Shown one piece after another: positions 17,850 to 27,209 of a stretch of DNA of 49,723 nt. Made by a program: the position numbers and the translations under genes. The stretch lies in the NCBI GenBank assembly GCA_011388675.1, contig DROW01000174.1, positions 1 to 49,723 of the forward strand, read 5' to 3'. Position 1 is the stretch's first letter. Every line of letters begins with the position of its first letter. This DNA is from Chloroflexota bacterium (GTDB taxonomy: Bacteria > Chloroflexota > Anaerolineae > B4-G1 > DUEL01). Below the pieces are notes generated by a model. That model was not told where the DNA came from. It ran no database searches and was given only the letters and a program-made list of their open reading frames with translations.

Positions 17850-18503
17850 ATGCCATCTGCTTCGAGGAACACGGCCGAGCCGGACCAACTCGCCTACGCT
17901 TTCCCCAACAAGATGGGGCGGATCCTCCTCCTGGCGATGGAGGAAGTGATGGGGCAGAACGGGCTGACGGCGATCCTGAACCTGGCCAATCTGCGCCACC
18001 TGCAGGGGCGGTACCCGCCGAACAACTTCGATATGGACTTCCTTTTCGACGACGTCTCGCGGCTGTTCACCGCGCTGGACGAGATGTACGGGCCGCGCGG
18101 GGGGCGTGCGCTGGCCCTGAGGATCGGCCGGGCCTGCTTTCGGTTCGGTATCAAGGACTTCGGCCCAATGCTGGGCGTGGCGGATCTGGCCTTTCGGGTG
18201 GTTCCGCTGGAGATGAAGGTCCGTATCGGGTTGGAGGTCTCCGCCGAGGTGTTCAACCGGTTCAGCGACCACCGTGTCCGTCTGGAGGAGGACGAGGAGG
18301 ACCTCGTGTGGCTTGTCGACCGCTGCGGGGTTTGCTGGGGGCGCGAGGTGACCGCCCCCTGCTGCCACGCGACGGTCGGCTTCCTCCAAGAAGGGCTCTA
18401 CTGGGTCAGCGGCGGACGGAACTTCGATGTGGAGGAGGTGGCCTGTATCGCCGCTGGGGATGAGGCCTGCGCCGTTCGGATCAGCAGGCAGCCTGTCGAT
18501 TGA
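17850..18503 (+). CDS. V4R (4-vinyl reductase / BchJ- and XylR-sensor-like) small-molecule-binding domain protein
   Basis: The C-terminal Cys-rich V4R signature is VDRCGVCWGREVTAPCCHATVGFLQEGL..VEEVACIAAGDEACAV. It starts 12 nt after the upstream stop. Confidence 0.7.
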   Translation: MPSASRNTAEPDQLAYAFPNKMGRILLLAMEEVMGQNGLTAILNLANLRHLQGRYPPNNFDMDFLFDDVSRLFTALDEMYGPRGGRALALRIGRACFRFGIKDFGPMLGVADLAFRVVPLEMKVRIGLEVSAEVFNRFSDHRVRLEEDEEDLVWLVDRCGVCWGREVTAPCCHATVGFLQEGLYWVSGGRNFDVEEVACIAAGDEACAVRISRQPVD

Positions 18504-18509
18504 GGTAAG

Positions 18510-19766
18510 ATGCGGAAGATCATTCTCCGGGACCGCAAGCCGATATCGCCCTTCAACGAACCCGCCCGCGACCTGAGGGTGCTGAATAAGCCGTTGTGGC
18601 TCTACCAGCGGGATCTGCTCGCGCCTTACGTAACCCAGGAGCGGGAGGTGGATTCGTTTGAGGAGATCGGCCCGGAGCGGGTGGAGACCCTGGTCTACCG
18701 GGAGAACCTCTTCTTCGACCAGGAGTTCATCGAGGCCTTCCTCACCAAGGCGCGAAGGTTGGGCAAGGCGTGCCAGGTGGCCTTCCCGCTGGACGACAAG
18801 GCGATCGCCGAGCACGCCCTCCCCCTCCAGCGAACGATCCGCAGGGAGGGGGAACTGTATGTCGCCGATATGTGGTACTTCCCCTACGGAATCGAGGAGA
18901 ACGTCCGCCCCCTGGTGATGCACACCGAGCCGCGGGAAGTGGGGTACTACCACGTCCCGACCCATATGTCCAACGAGATGGGCGACCTGGTCTACAACGT
19001 GCCGACCAAAGCGTTTCTGGCCATCGAGACCTGGGTCCACGTACTGCTGGCCAACATCGTCTTTGGGGTGTTCGCCAGGGGGGCGCGGTTCGAGCGGGAC
19101 GTGGAGCGAAGTGTCCGCCTGCCCCTGCGCCTGCTCTGGCGGGCGCTCCTTGAGCAGAAGCAGGTTCTCTCTTCGTCCGCCGTGGTGAAGATCGGGCGAA
19201 ACTGCTCCATCGATCCCAGCGCGGTCATCCGCGGGCCGACGACCATCGGCGACAACGTCACCATCGGCCCGGGCGTCGTCATCGATAACTGCATCATCGG
19301 CAACAACGTGGACATCGCCCAGGGGTGCCAACTTCTGCTCAGCGTCGTCAGCGACCGCTGCTTCCTGCCCTTCCGGGCTTCTCTGTTTATGACGGTCCTG
19401 ATGGAGGACTCAATGGTCGCCCAGAACACGTGTCTCCAGTTATGCGTGGTGGGGCGAAACTCTTTCATCGGGGCGGGAAATACGTTCACCGACTTCAACC
19501 TGATCCCGAAACCCCTTCGGGTCCCCTACGATGGGAAACTGGAGCCGACCAATATGCCGGTCCTGGGCGGGTGCGTGGGCCATAACTGCCGGATCGGTTC
19601 CGGGATGGTCGTCTACCCGGCCCGGACGATCGAGTCGGACACGGTGTTGGTGCCATCGGCAGAACGGAGGGTGATCGAGAAGAACGTTACGTTTGAGGAA
19701 AGCGACCTGCACAAGATACCCGGTGGAATGCGGATGCATCCGCGGCTCTACCCTCCGCCCCGCTGA
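18510..19766 (+). CDS. left-handed beta-helix (hexapeptide-repeat) protein, alternative-GlmU / putative sugar-nucleotidyl/acyl-transferase-like
   Basis: Hexapeptide run IGRNCSIDPSAVIRGPTTIGDNVTIGPGVVIDNCIIGNNVDIAQGCQL... The N-terminal ~230 aa have no classical GxGxR NTP-transferase motif. It starts 6 nt after the upstream stop. Confidence 0.65.
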   Translation: MRKIILRDRKPISPFNEPARDLRVLNKPLWLYQRDLLAPYVTQEREVDSFEEIGPERVETLVYRENLFFDQEFIEAFLTKARRLGKACQVAFPLDDKAIAEHALPLQRTIRREGELYVADMWYFPYGIEENVRPLVMHTEPREVGYYHVPTHMSNEMGDLVYNVPTKAFLAIETWVHVLLANIVFGVFARGARFERDVERSVRLPLRLLWRALLEQKQVLSSSAVVKIGRNCSIDPSAVIRGPTTIGDNVTIGPGVVIDNCIIGNNVDIAQGCQLLLSVVSDRCFLPFRASLFMTVLMEDSMVAQNTCLQLCVVGRNSFIGAGNTFTDFNLIPKPLRVPYDGKLEPTNMPVLGGCVGHNCRIGSGMVVYPARTIESDTVLVPSAERRVIEKNVTFEESDLHKIPGGMRMHPRLYPPPR

Positions 19767-19840
19767 GGGGGGTAGGGGGCCGTGAGGGCCACGGGGTCCG
19801 CGCCTTCGCTGGCGTCTTTCAGAGTTACCGAACGTTGCCA

Positions 19841-20929
19841 ATGGACCGGTTCGCTTTCATTATCCACCCGCTAGAGCCCAAGGCGGATGTAGCGCGAAAA
19901 TACCCCTTCCTGGCCCGGATCCTGCCGGTTCGGCTGATCCACTTCTTCTCGCGCTACTGGCCGCCGCTGGTCCTTTCGCGGGTCACGGGGGTCCGGTCTC
20001 CGGCGACGGGGCGGGAGGTGGAGGGGTTCCTCCTGGCCTGCCCGCTGACCGCCCAGCAGATGCTCCGCCTGCCTACCCGGCTGGTCTACCGAAAGATCAT
20101 TCAGACGGGAAGGCTGGCCGAGCGCCTGGGGGCGCGGATCCTCGGGTTGGGGGCGTATACCTCGGTGGTGGGGGACGGCGGGTTGACGGTGGCGAAGGCG
20201 CTGGACGTGCCGGTAACGTCCGGCGACAGTTACACCGTCGCCGTCTCCGTCCGCGCGCTGCTGGAAGCGGGTCGGGCGGTGGGCGTCGAGCAGGAGCGGG
20301 CTGTGGCCGCGGTGGTGGGCGCGACGGGGGCCATCGGTTCGGCGAGTGCCCGATGGCTGGCGCGGAAGGTCCCCCGCTTGATCCTGGTGGCCCGCAGGGA
20401 AAGGGCGCTGCAGAGATTGGCGGATCGGATCGCCGAGGAGACGGGCGTGACGGTGAAGCCCTCCACACAGGTCGAGGCGATCGTTGAGGCGGACCTGATC
20501 CTCACGGCGACCAGCGCGGGGCAGCCGCTGATCTTCCCGCAGCACCTCAAACCGGGGGCGGTGGTGTGCGACGTCGCCCGGCCGCGGGATGTCTCCCCGC
20601 GCGTGATGGAGGAGCGGAAGGACGTCCTCCTGATCGATGGGGGGTTGGTGAAAACGCCGGAGGGCGTCGATTTTGGCTTCGACTACGGCTTGCCGCCAGG
20701 GTTGACGTTCGCCTGTATGGCGGAGACGATCGCGTTGGCTCTGGAGGGGCGATTTGAGGATTATACGGTAGGGAAGGACCTCTCTCTTGAGAGGATCGCG
20801 GAGATCGAGCAGATCACCCAGCGGCACGGTTTCCGGCCGGCGGAGTTCTTGGCGTTCGAACGACCTGTGGAGGAGGCGCGGCTTCGGGCCGTCCGTCGCC
20901 AGCGTAGAGGAGAAAACGGCCCGCGTTAG
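19841..20929 (+). CDS. acyl-ACP reductase (AAR)-family / COG5322 NAD(P)-dependent dehydrogenase
   Basis: Block-wise resemblance to cyanobacterial AAR: FAFIIHP, LGLGAYTSVV, TSGDSYT, AAVVGATGAIGSASARWL, LILVAR, LLIDGG, TFACMAE (conserved Cys), ALEG, RHGFRP. I preferred the ATG at 19841 over the TTG at 19835. Confidence 0.65.
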   Translation: MDRFAFIIHPLEPKADVARKYPFLARILPVRLIHFFSRYWPPLVLSRVTGVRSPATGREVEGFLLACPLTAQQMLRLPTRLVYRKIIQTGRLAERLGARILGLGAYTSVVGDGGLTVAKALDVPVTSGDSYTVAVSVRALLEAGRAVGVEQERAVAAVVGATGAIGSASARWLARKVPRLILVARRERALQRLADRIAEETGVTVKPSTQVEAIVEADLILTATSAGQPLIFPQHLKPGAVVCDVARPRDVSPRVMEERKDVLLIDGGLVKTPEGVDFGFDYGLPPGLTFACMAETIALALEGRFEDYTVGKDLSLERIAEIEQITQRHGFRPAEFLAFERPVEEARLRAVRRQRRGENGPR

Positions 20930-20953
20930 CCTGGTCCAGGCGGAGGTTGCACG

Positions 20954-21847
20954 ATGAGCGAGGGAAGAATCCTGATCGTAGAGGACGATTTCGACATCTC
21001 GAACATGCTCCGCATCTACTTCCAGAGCCAGGGGTACGAGGTCTCGGTGGCCCCGCGGGGAGAGGATGCGCTGGAGATGTGTCGGCAGCAGCTGCCCAAC
21101 GTGGTGGTGCTCGACATCATGCTCCCGGACATCGATGGGTATGAGGTCTGCCGACGGCTGCGCAGCAACCTGCGTACCAGCCACATCCCCATCATCTTCC
21201 TCACCCAGAAGGACGAACGGTCCGACAAGATCCACGGCTTGGAACTGGGGGCCGACGACTACATCACCAAGCCCTTCGACGTCGAGGAACTGAAACTGCG
21301 GGTGCGGAACGCGATGGCCCGCGCGACCTACGAGAGCCTCACCAATCCGACGACCGGGTTGCCCAGCGCTAAGTTGATCGAGGAGCAGCTGCGTCGGCTG
21401 ATGCGTCGGGACGATTGGGGCATCCTTTACATCGGCATCAACGGTCTCGACGCCTTCACCGAGGTGTACGGATTCGTCGCCGGCGACGAGGTCCTCCGCT
21501 ACACGGCGATGGTCATCGGCGAATCGGTGGACGCCGTCGGCACGCCGGACGATTTCATCGGCCACGTGGGAGGGGACGATTTCCTGATCATCACCGAGAA
21601 GTCCCTGGTCGAGCCGCTGGTGAAGGATCTGGAGCGACGCTTCTCCGAGGGGATCGGCACCCACTACGACTTCAAGGCCCGCCAGCAGGGCTACATCGTG
21701 GTGCGGGACGACGAGGGCAACGAGCGGAAGGTGGGGTTGATGACCCTGGCGATCGGCGTCATCACGAGCGACGACGGGCCCTTTACGGACATCCGGGAGA
21801 TCACCGAGGCGGCCGCGGCGGCCCGGCGGGAGGGGCGGCGACCATAG
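20954..21847 (+). CDS. response regulator: receiver plus GGDEF-type domain with a variant GGDDF motif
   Basis: REC features: IVEDDFD, VVVLDIMLPDIDG, YITKPF. GGDEF-like features: ..NPTTGLPS.., GINGLDAFTEVYGFVAGDEVL, HVGGDDFLII. Confidence 0.85.
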   Translation: MSEGRILIVEDDFDISNMLRIYFQSQGYEVSVAPRGEDALEMCRQQLPNVVVLDIMLPDIDGYEVCRRLRSNLRTSHIPIIFLTQKDERSDKIHGLELGADDYITKPFDVEELKLRVRNAMARATYESLTNPTTGLPSAKLIEEQLRRLMRRDDWGILYIGINGLDAFTEVYGFVAGDEVLRYTAMVIGESVDAVGTPDDFIGHVGGDDFLIITEKSLVEPLVKDLERRFSEGIGTHYDFKARQQGYIVVRDDEGNERKVGLMTLAIGVITSDDGPFTDIREITEAAAAARREGRRP

Positions 21848-21856
21848 CCTCGTTGG

Positions 21857-24800
21857 ATGCGGAGACGGAAGCGGAAGGTGAGCGGACCGGTGCGTAGGCG
21901 GGCATCCCCTGTTCTTCAGCCCAGGGCAATCGTCGCGATCAGCATCGTCGCGCTGTTGCTGTGGCTGGCTTATGGCCTCAACCACACGCCGGCCGAGTGG
22001 CAGCCGGTGCTCCGGCTGCTGGTGCCGATGGCCGTGGGCGTCCTGGCAGGTGTCGCCGGAAAAGAAGCGGGTCTGGTGGGGACGATCCTTTCCCTCGCTC
22101 TTTTGCTCCCCGGAACCATTCAGGCGTTGATCTCGGGATCGCTCGTCCAGGCGGTGTATGAACTGGTGCTCGTTGGCCTGAGCCTCGTCGCTGGGGTCCT
22201 CCTCCCCGTCCTGATCTCCCGTCGGGCCGAGCAGCGGTTGAATTCCCAACGGCGACAGATGGAGGAGCGGGCCGCTCGCTGGGGGACTGCCCTCTCCGGC
22301 CTGGGCCGCGTCGGCCGGGAGTTGAGCCTGACCTTCGATCCGGAACGGATCTATCGAGTCGTGGCCGAGGAGGCGGTCCGTTTTTGCCAGGCCGATCGGT
22401 GTGCCGTCCTCCTGCGGGATCTCGAAACGGGCGATTGGGACCTCGCCTTCTGTGTCGGCTACCTGGAGGAAGAGCAGGCTGCCTTGCGGGAGGCCGTGCG
22501 GGAACCCCCGCAGGGGACAGCGCTGTGGGAGGTGATGCAGGAGGGGAATCTGGTCCGGGTGGACGATGCCTCCGCCGAGGGCCGCACGGCGTGGGGGGAG
22601 GAAGGGGCCCGCTCTGCTGTGTTGGCCCCCTTCCGCCTGGGCGACGACCTGGCGGGCCTCCTCCTGCTGGAGAGCCGCGCCGCAGGCCCCTTCGATGAAG
22701 AGGCCCGCGCGTTCGTCGAGGCGTTGGCTACCAACCTCGCCGTCGCCGTGGGAAACGCTCACTTCTACCGGGAGCAGATGGAGCGCAGCGAGATCCTCCG
22801 CCGGCAGGCCGACCAGCTGAGCCACGTCCTGGAGATCGGCCAAGCCATCCGGTCCGACCGGCCGCTGGAGGACGTGCTTGAAGAGATCGCCTACGCCATT
22901 CAAGAAAGCGTCGGCTTCAACCTGGTGTTGATCAGCGTGCTGGAGGGAGATCCGCCACGGTTGCGCCGGATGGCCGCCGCCGGATTGCCGGTGGACGTGG
23001 TGGAACAGATGAAGCGGACGACCCAGCCGTGGTCTGCCCTGCAGACGGTGATGCGAGATGAGTTCCGGATCAGCCAGAGTTACTACATCCCCGCCGAGGA
23101 GCAGGCCCACTGGCGTGGCGTCCTCGACGTGTACGAGCGAGAGATCGCGGAGATTCACAGGGAGCCCGGTCGGTGGCATCCGCAGGATATGCTGATTGTG
23201 CCGTTGCTGGGCCCCGGAGGGGAGGTGCGGGGCATCCTCAGCGTGGACGAGCCGCGGGACGGGCGGGTGCCGGACCGGGCCACGATTGAGGCGTTGGAGA
23301 CCTTCGCGGTCCAGGCCGCTGTGGCCGTGGAAAACGCGCGGCTGGTGGAGGCCCTCCAGCGGCGGCTGGACCTTCTGACCTTCTTCAACGAGTTGAACCG
23401 GTCGGTCATCGCCAAACAAGGCTTGGAGCAGGTCCTCCAGACGGTGGTGGAGGCCACGGGGCACCTGGTGGAGAGCACCGGCAGCGTCCTTTTCCTGTTC
23501 GACGAGGAGAGCGGCCGATATGTGCCACGGGCGGCCTACGGGCACGATCTGGAGAGCCTGCAGGCGTACACCTATCCCCCGGGCGAGGGGATGGTCGGAC
23601 GGGTGGCGGCTACCGGTATGCCGCTCACCGTGGGAAACATTGAGGAGGAAGTGACGGGGGAGGGAGAGTACCTCCACGGCGGCGCGGTCGTCCTGACCCC
23701 CCTCACCTTCGGCGACCAGGTGGTCGGCGTGCTGGCGGTGGACCGGCGCTATCGGGAGCCGTTCTCGTCCACGGACGTGGCGACCCTCATCGCCCTGGCC
23801 GACCAGGTGGCGGTGGCGGTGCAGAACGCCCGACTCCTGGACGAGGCCGTCCGGCGCTCCCAGGAACTCGCCACGTTGCTGGAGGGAAGCCAGGCCCTCT
23901 CCTCTACCCTCGACCTCAACTGGGTGCTCCAGGCCCTGGGCGACCGGGTCCTCGCAATGACCGGGGCGGAGCGGTGCGTGATCTCCGAGTGGGATCGGGA
24001 GGCCGGGCGTCTGACGGTGGTCTGGGCGATTGGGAAGGAAGGGGTCGACGAAAGCCTCATAGGGTCCGATTACGGCGCGACGAGGTATGCGGCCGCCGTC
24101 GAGGTCCTGTTGACCCAGGAATCGCTTTCGCTGCCCTCCTCCGCCCTCGGCGAGGAGGCCACTGACTCCGGCACCGCCCTGCTTCTGCCGATGGTCGCCC
24201 GTGGGCAGACGGTCGGTCTGGTGGAACTGTGCCGGCTGGATGGGGGTTCATTCGCCCCTGGGTCGGTCCGGCTGGCTCAGGCGTTGGTTAACCAGGCGGC
24301 CGTGGCGATGCAGAACGCCCGTCTGTACGAGGAGGTCCATCGGTTCACCCAGGAACTGGAGCGCCGGGTCGAGGAACGGACGAGGGCGCTGGCCCAGGCG
24401 CTGGAGGAGTTGACCGTCGAGCGGGACCGGGTGGAAGTGTTGTACCGGATCGCCTCGGAGGTCTCCAGCAGTCTGGATCTGGACCACGTGCTGAACCGGA
24501 CGTTGGAGTTGGTCGCCCAGGCGGTTGGGGCGGAGCGAGGGGTGGTCATCCTGCGGGACCCCGGTCAGCCCGACCGGCTGATCCGGCGGGCGGCGGTCGG
24601 CGGGTCGGGCCCGGTGCCTCCCGGCGGAACCCCCGTCCGATGGCGACCCGGGGAGGGGTTGGCCTGGTGGGTCATCGAGCGGGACGAGGCGGTCCTGGTG
24701 GAGGATCTGCGGGAAGATGAGCGGTGGGTCGTCGAGGAGAACGACGAGCCGGTCCACCGGGCGTGTCTGGCGGTGCCCCTCAGCCGCGCCGGGGACGTCT

Positions 24801-26797
24801 CGGGCACGCTGATGCTCTACCACAGCCGCCCCGGCTACTTCGACGTGGACCATCTGCGGGTGGCGGAGGCAGCGGCTTACCAGATCTCCAACGCGGTGGG
24901 CAACGCGGCTCTCTACAACCTGATCCGCGAGCAGGCCGAGCAGTTGGGCGCGATGCTCAAGCAGCAGCAGGTCGAGGCGGCCAAGAGTCAGGCCATCCTG
25001 GAGGGCGTGGCCGACGGCGTGATGGTTACCGACGCCGATGGCCGGGTCATCCTCTTCAACGCGGCCGCCGAGCGGGTCCTGGGAGTCTCCCGCGAAGAGG
25101 TGCTGGGGCGGACGACGCGGGAGATGCTGGGCCTTTACGGGGCGGAGGGACGGGCCTGGCTGGACGCTATCGAGGAATGGGCCGCCAACCCGGCCGATCA
25201 CATCCCCGGCGACTTCACCGCCGAGCGGGTGCAGATCGGCGACCGGATCGTCAGCGTGCATATCTCCCCGGTGATTATGGGGTCCGAGTACCTCGGCACC
25301 GTCTCCGTCTTCCGCGACATCACCGCCGAGGTCGAGGCGGAGCGGGCGAAGAGCGAGTTCGTCTCCACCGTTTCCCACGAGTTGCGCACGCCGATGACCT
25401 CGATCAAAGGGTACACCGACCTGCTGCTGATGGGGGCTGTGGGTGAATTGACGGAGCAGCAGCGCCACTTCGTGACCATCATCCGCAACAACGCCGATCG
25501 GTTGACCGCCCTGGTCAACGACCTGCTGGACATCTCCCGCATCGAGAGCGGGCGGATCGAACTGAACCTGAAGCCAGTGCTGATCCAGGAGGTGGTCGAC
25601 CAGGTGGTCAGTTCGTTGCAGCCGCGGGCCAGCAGCCGGGATCTGGAGATCAGGGTCGAAGTGTCGCCGGATCTGCCGGCCGTGTGGGGGGACAGCGATC
25701 GGATCGCGCAGATCCTCATCAACCTGGTCGGGAACGCGATCCAGTACACCCCGCCGGGAGGCGAGATCACCATATCCGCTCGGGTCCGCGGAGAGAAAAT
25801 GGAAGTCTCCGTGGCCGACACCGGCATCGGGATCTCCGAGGAGAATCAGAAGAAGATCTTCGACCGGTTCTTCCGGGCCGACGACCCTCTGGTGCAGGAG
25901 ACCCCGGGGACCGGCCTGGGGCTGCCCATCACGGCCTCCCTCGTCGAGATGCACGGTGGGGAGATCTGGGTGGAGAGCGAACTGGGGGAGGGGAGCACGT
26001 TCACGTTCACCCTGCCCCTCGCCGAGGCGGTGCAGGCGGCCGCCCTGGCCCCGGAGCCGGAACCGCCGCTGGTCCTCGTGGTCGAGGACGACCACGACGT
26101 GGCGAATCTGATCCGATACCACCTGGAGGCGGCGGGGTTCCAAGTGAGGATCGCTGCGACCGGGCGGGAGGCCCTTCAGTTGGCGCGGGAGATGGAGCCG
26201 GCGCTGATCACGCTGGACCTGCTGTTGCCGGACATCAACGGGTTGGCCGTGTTGCAGCGGTTGAAAGAGGAGCCGGAGACGACGGCGATCCCGGTGGTGG
26301 TTGTTTCAGTTGTGTCTTCTAAGGAAGAAAGCCTCCGCCTGGGCGCGGTCGGATATGTGACCAAGCCGATCGACGAGGAGACCTTGCTGCGGGCGGTGCA
26401 GCGGGGTCTGGGGCGACGGGGCCCGATCCTGGTGGTCGACGACGACAGCGACACGCTCCAGTTGATCCGGGAGGCCCTCCGGCGGCACGGGCTGGGGGTG
26501 CGCACCACGCGGCACGGTCGCCGCGCGCTCCAGGTCGCCCGCGATGTTCATCCGGCCCTCGTCCTGCTGGACCTGAAGTTGCCGGACATCGACGGCTACC
26601 AGGTTTTGCGGGGCCTCAAGTCCAACCCGCTCACCCGCGACATCCCGGTAATGGTGATGACGGGCAGTCCGGGGCGGATCGAGCGCAGGGAGGAGGCCTT
26701 CACCCTGGGAGCCGCCCGCTTCCTCGCCAAGCCGTTTGCGGTGGAAGACCTGGTTCAGGAGATCACGAAACTGTTGGGCGATTCTCAAGGGTCCTAG
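21857..26797 (+). CDS. hybrid sensor histidine kinase: N-terminal TM helices, about five GAF domains, PAS, HisKA, HATPase_c and two receiver domains
   Basis: Repeated GAF endings (..AVAVGNAHFYRE, AVAVENARLVEAL, AVAVQNARLLDE, AVAMQNARLYEE, SNAVGNAALYNL). PAS (AILEGVADGVMVTDADGRVILFN). H-box SHELRTPMTSI. N/G boxes (NLVGNAIQYT, DTGIGI, GTGLGLPI). Two REC domains (ITLDLLLPDINGL; VLLDLKLPDIDGY). Confidence 0.9.
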   Translation: MRRRKRKVSGPVRRRASPVLQPRAIVAISIVALLLWLAYGLNHTPAEWQPVLRLLVPMAVGVLAGVAGKEAGLVGTILSLALLLPGTIQALISGSLVQAVYELVLVGLSLVAGVLLPVLISRRAEQRLNSQRRQMEERAARWGTALSGLGRVGRELSLTFDPERIYRVVAEEAVRFCQADRCAVLLRDLETGDWDLAFCVGYLEEEQAALREAVREPPQGTALWEVMQEGNLVRVDDASAEGRTAWGEEGARSAVLAPFRLGDDLAGLLLLESRAAGPFDEEARAFVEALATNLAVAVGNAHFYREQMERSEILRRQADQLSHVLEIGQAIRSDRPLEDVLEEIAYAIQESVGFNLVLISVLEGDPPRLRRMAAAGLPVDVVEQMKRTTQPWSALQTVMRDEFRISQSYYIPAEEQAHWRGVLDVYEREIAEIHREPGRWHPQDMLIVPLLGPGGEVRGILSVDEPRDGRVPDRATIEALETFAVQAAVAVENARLVEALQRRLDLLTFFNELNRSVIAKQGLEQVLQTVVEATGHLVESTGSVLFLFDEESGRYVPRAAYGHDLESLQAYTYPPGEGMVGRVAATGMPLTVGNIEEEVTGEGEYLHGGAVVLTPLTFGDQVVGVLAVDRRYREPFSSTDVATLIALADQVAVAVQNARLLDEAVRRSQELATLLEGSQALSSTLDLNWVLQALGDRVLAMTGAERCVISEWDREAGRLTVVWAIGKEGVDESLIGSDYGATRYAAAVEVLLTQESLSLPSSALGEEATDSGTALLLPMVARGQTVGLVELCRLDGGSFAPGSVRLAQALVNQAAVAMQNARLYEEVHRFTQELERRVEERTRALAQALEELTVERDRVEVLYRIASEVSSSLDLDHVLNRTLELVAQAVGAERGVVILRDPGQPDRLIRRAAVGGSGPVPPGGTPVRWRPGEGLAWWVIERDEAVLVEDLREDERWVVEENDEPVHRACLAVPLSRAGDVSGTLMLYHSRPGYFDVDHLRVAEAAAYQISNAVGNAALYNLIREQAEQLGAMLKQQQVEAAKSQAILEGVADGVMVTDADGRVILFNAAAERVLGVSREEVLGRTTREMLGLYGAEGRAWLDAIEEWAANPADHIPGDFTAERVQIGDRIVSVHISPVIMGSEYLGTVSVFRDITAEVEAERAKSEFVSTVSHELRTPMTSIKGYTDLLLMGAVGELTEQQRHFVTIIRNNADRLTALVNDLLDISRIESGRIELNLKPVLIQEVVDQVVSSLQPRASSRDLEIRVEVSPDLPAVWGDSDRIAQILINLVGNAIQYTPPGGEITISARVRGEKMEVSVADTGIGISEENQKKIFDRFFRADDPLVQETPGTGLGLPITASLVEMHGGEIWVESELGEGSTFTFTLPLAEAVQAAALAPEPEPPLVLVVEDDHDVANLIRYHLEAAGFQVRIAATGREALQLAREMEPALITLDLLLPDINGLAVLQRLKEEPETTAIPVVVVSVVSSKEESLRLGAVGYVTKPIDEETLLRAVQRGLGRRGPILVVDDDSDTLQLIREALRRHGLGVRTTRHGRRALQVARDVHPALVLLDLKLPDIDGYQVLRGLKSNPLTRDIPVMVMTGSPGRIERREEAFTLGAARFLAKPFAVEDLVQEITKLLGDSQGS

Positions 26798-26816
26798 ATA
26801 ACGGAGGGATGAAGCC

Positions 26817-27188
26817 GTGACGAAGATCCTCGTTGCCGAAGACGAAAAGGACATACGCGAGTTGATCGCCTTCACGCTCCGCTTCGCCGGCTACGACGTC
26901 GTGCTGGCCAACAACGGTGCCGAAGCGCTGCAGAAAGTGGCCGAAGAAAGGCCCGCCCTGATCCTGCTGGATGTCCGTATGCCCAAGATGACGGGGTACG
27001 AGGTCTGCCGACGGCTGAAGGAGAACCCGCAGACGGAGGACATCCCGGTCGTCTTCCTCTCCGCAAAGGGGCAGGATCGGGAGGTCCAGGAGGGGTTCGA
27101 ATCGGGGGCAGTGGACTACATCATTAAGCCCTTCGTTCCGGATGAGTTGATCGCTCAGGTGAAGCGGATTCTGGAGCAAACGGGGTAG
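26817..27188 (+). CDS. single-domain CheY-like response regulator
   Basis: ILVAEDEKD, LILLDVRMPKMTGYE, FLSAKG, YIIKPF. GTG start about 8 nt after GGAGGG. Confidence 0.85.
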   Translation: MTKILVAEDEKDIRELIAFTLRFAGYDVVLANNGAEALQKVAEERPALILLDVRMPKMTGYEVCRRLKENPQTEDIPVVFLSAKGQDREVQEGFESGAVDYIIKPFVPDELIAQVKRILEQTG

Positions 27189-27209
27189 AGCGCGAACGGT
27201 GCGCGAGCA

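Noticed and set aside
19871-26143. Very long minus-strand ORFs (19871-23677, 1268 aa; 24248-26143, 631 aa) opposite the signalling operon
   Set aside because: They are antisense to strongly supported plus-strand genes (AAR-like, REC-GGDEF, hybrid kinase). The translations are R/P/G/H/Q-rich without motifs. Stop codons are depleted in the antisense frame because of GC3 bias.
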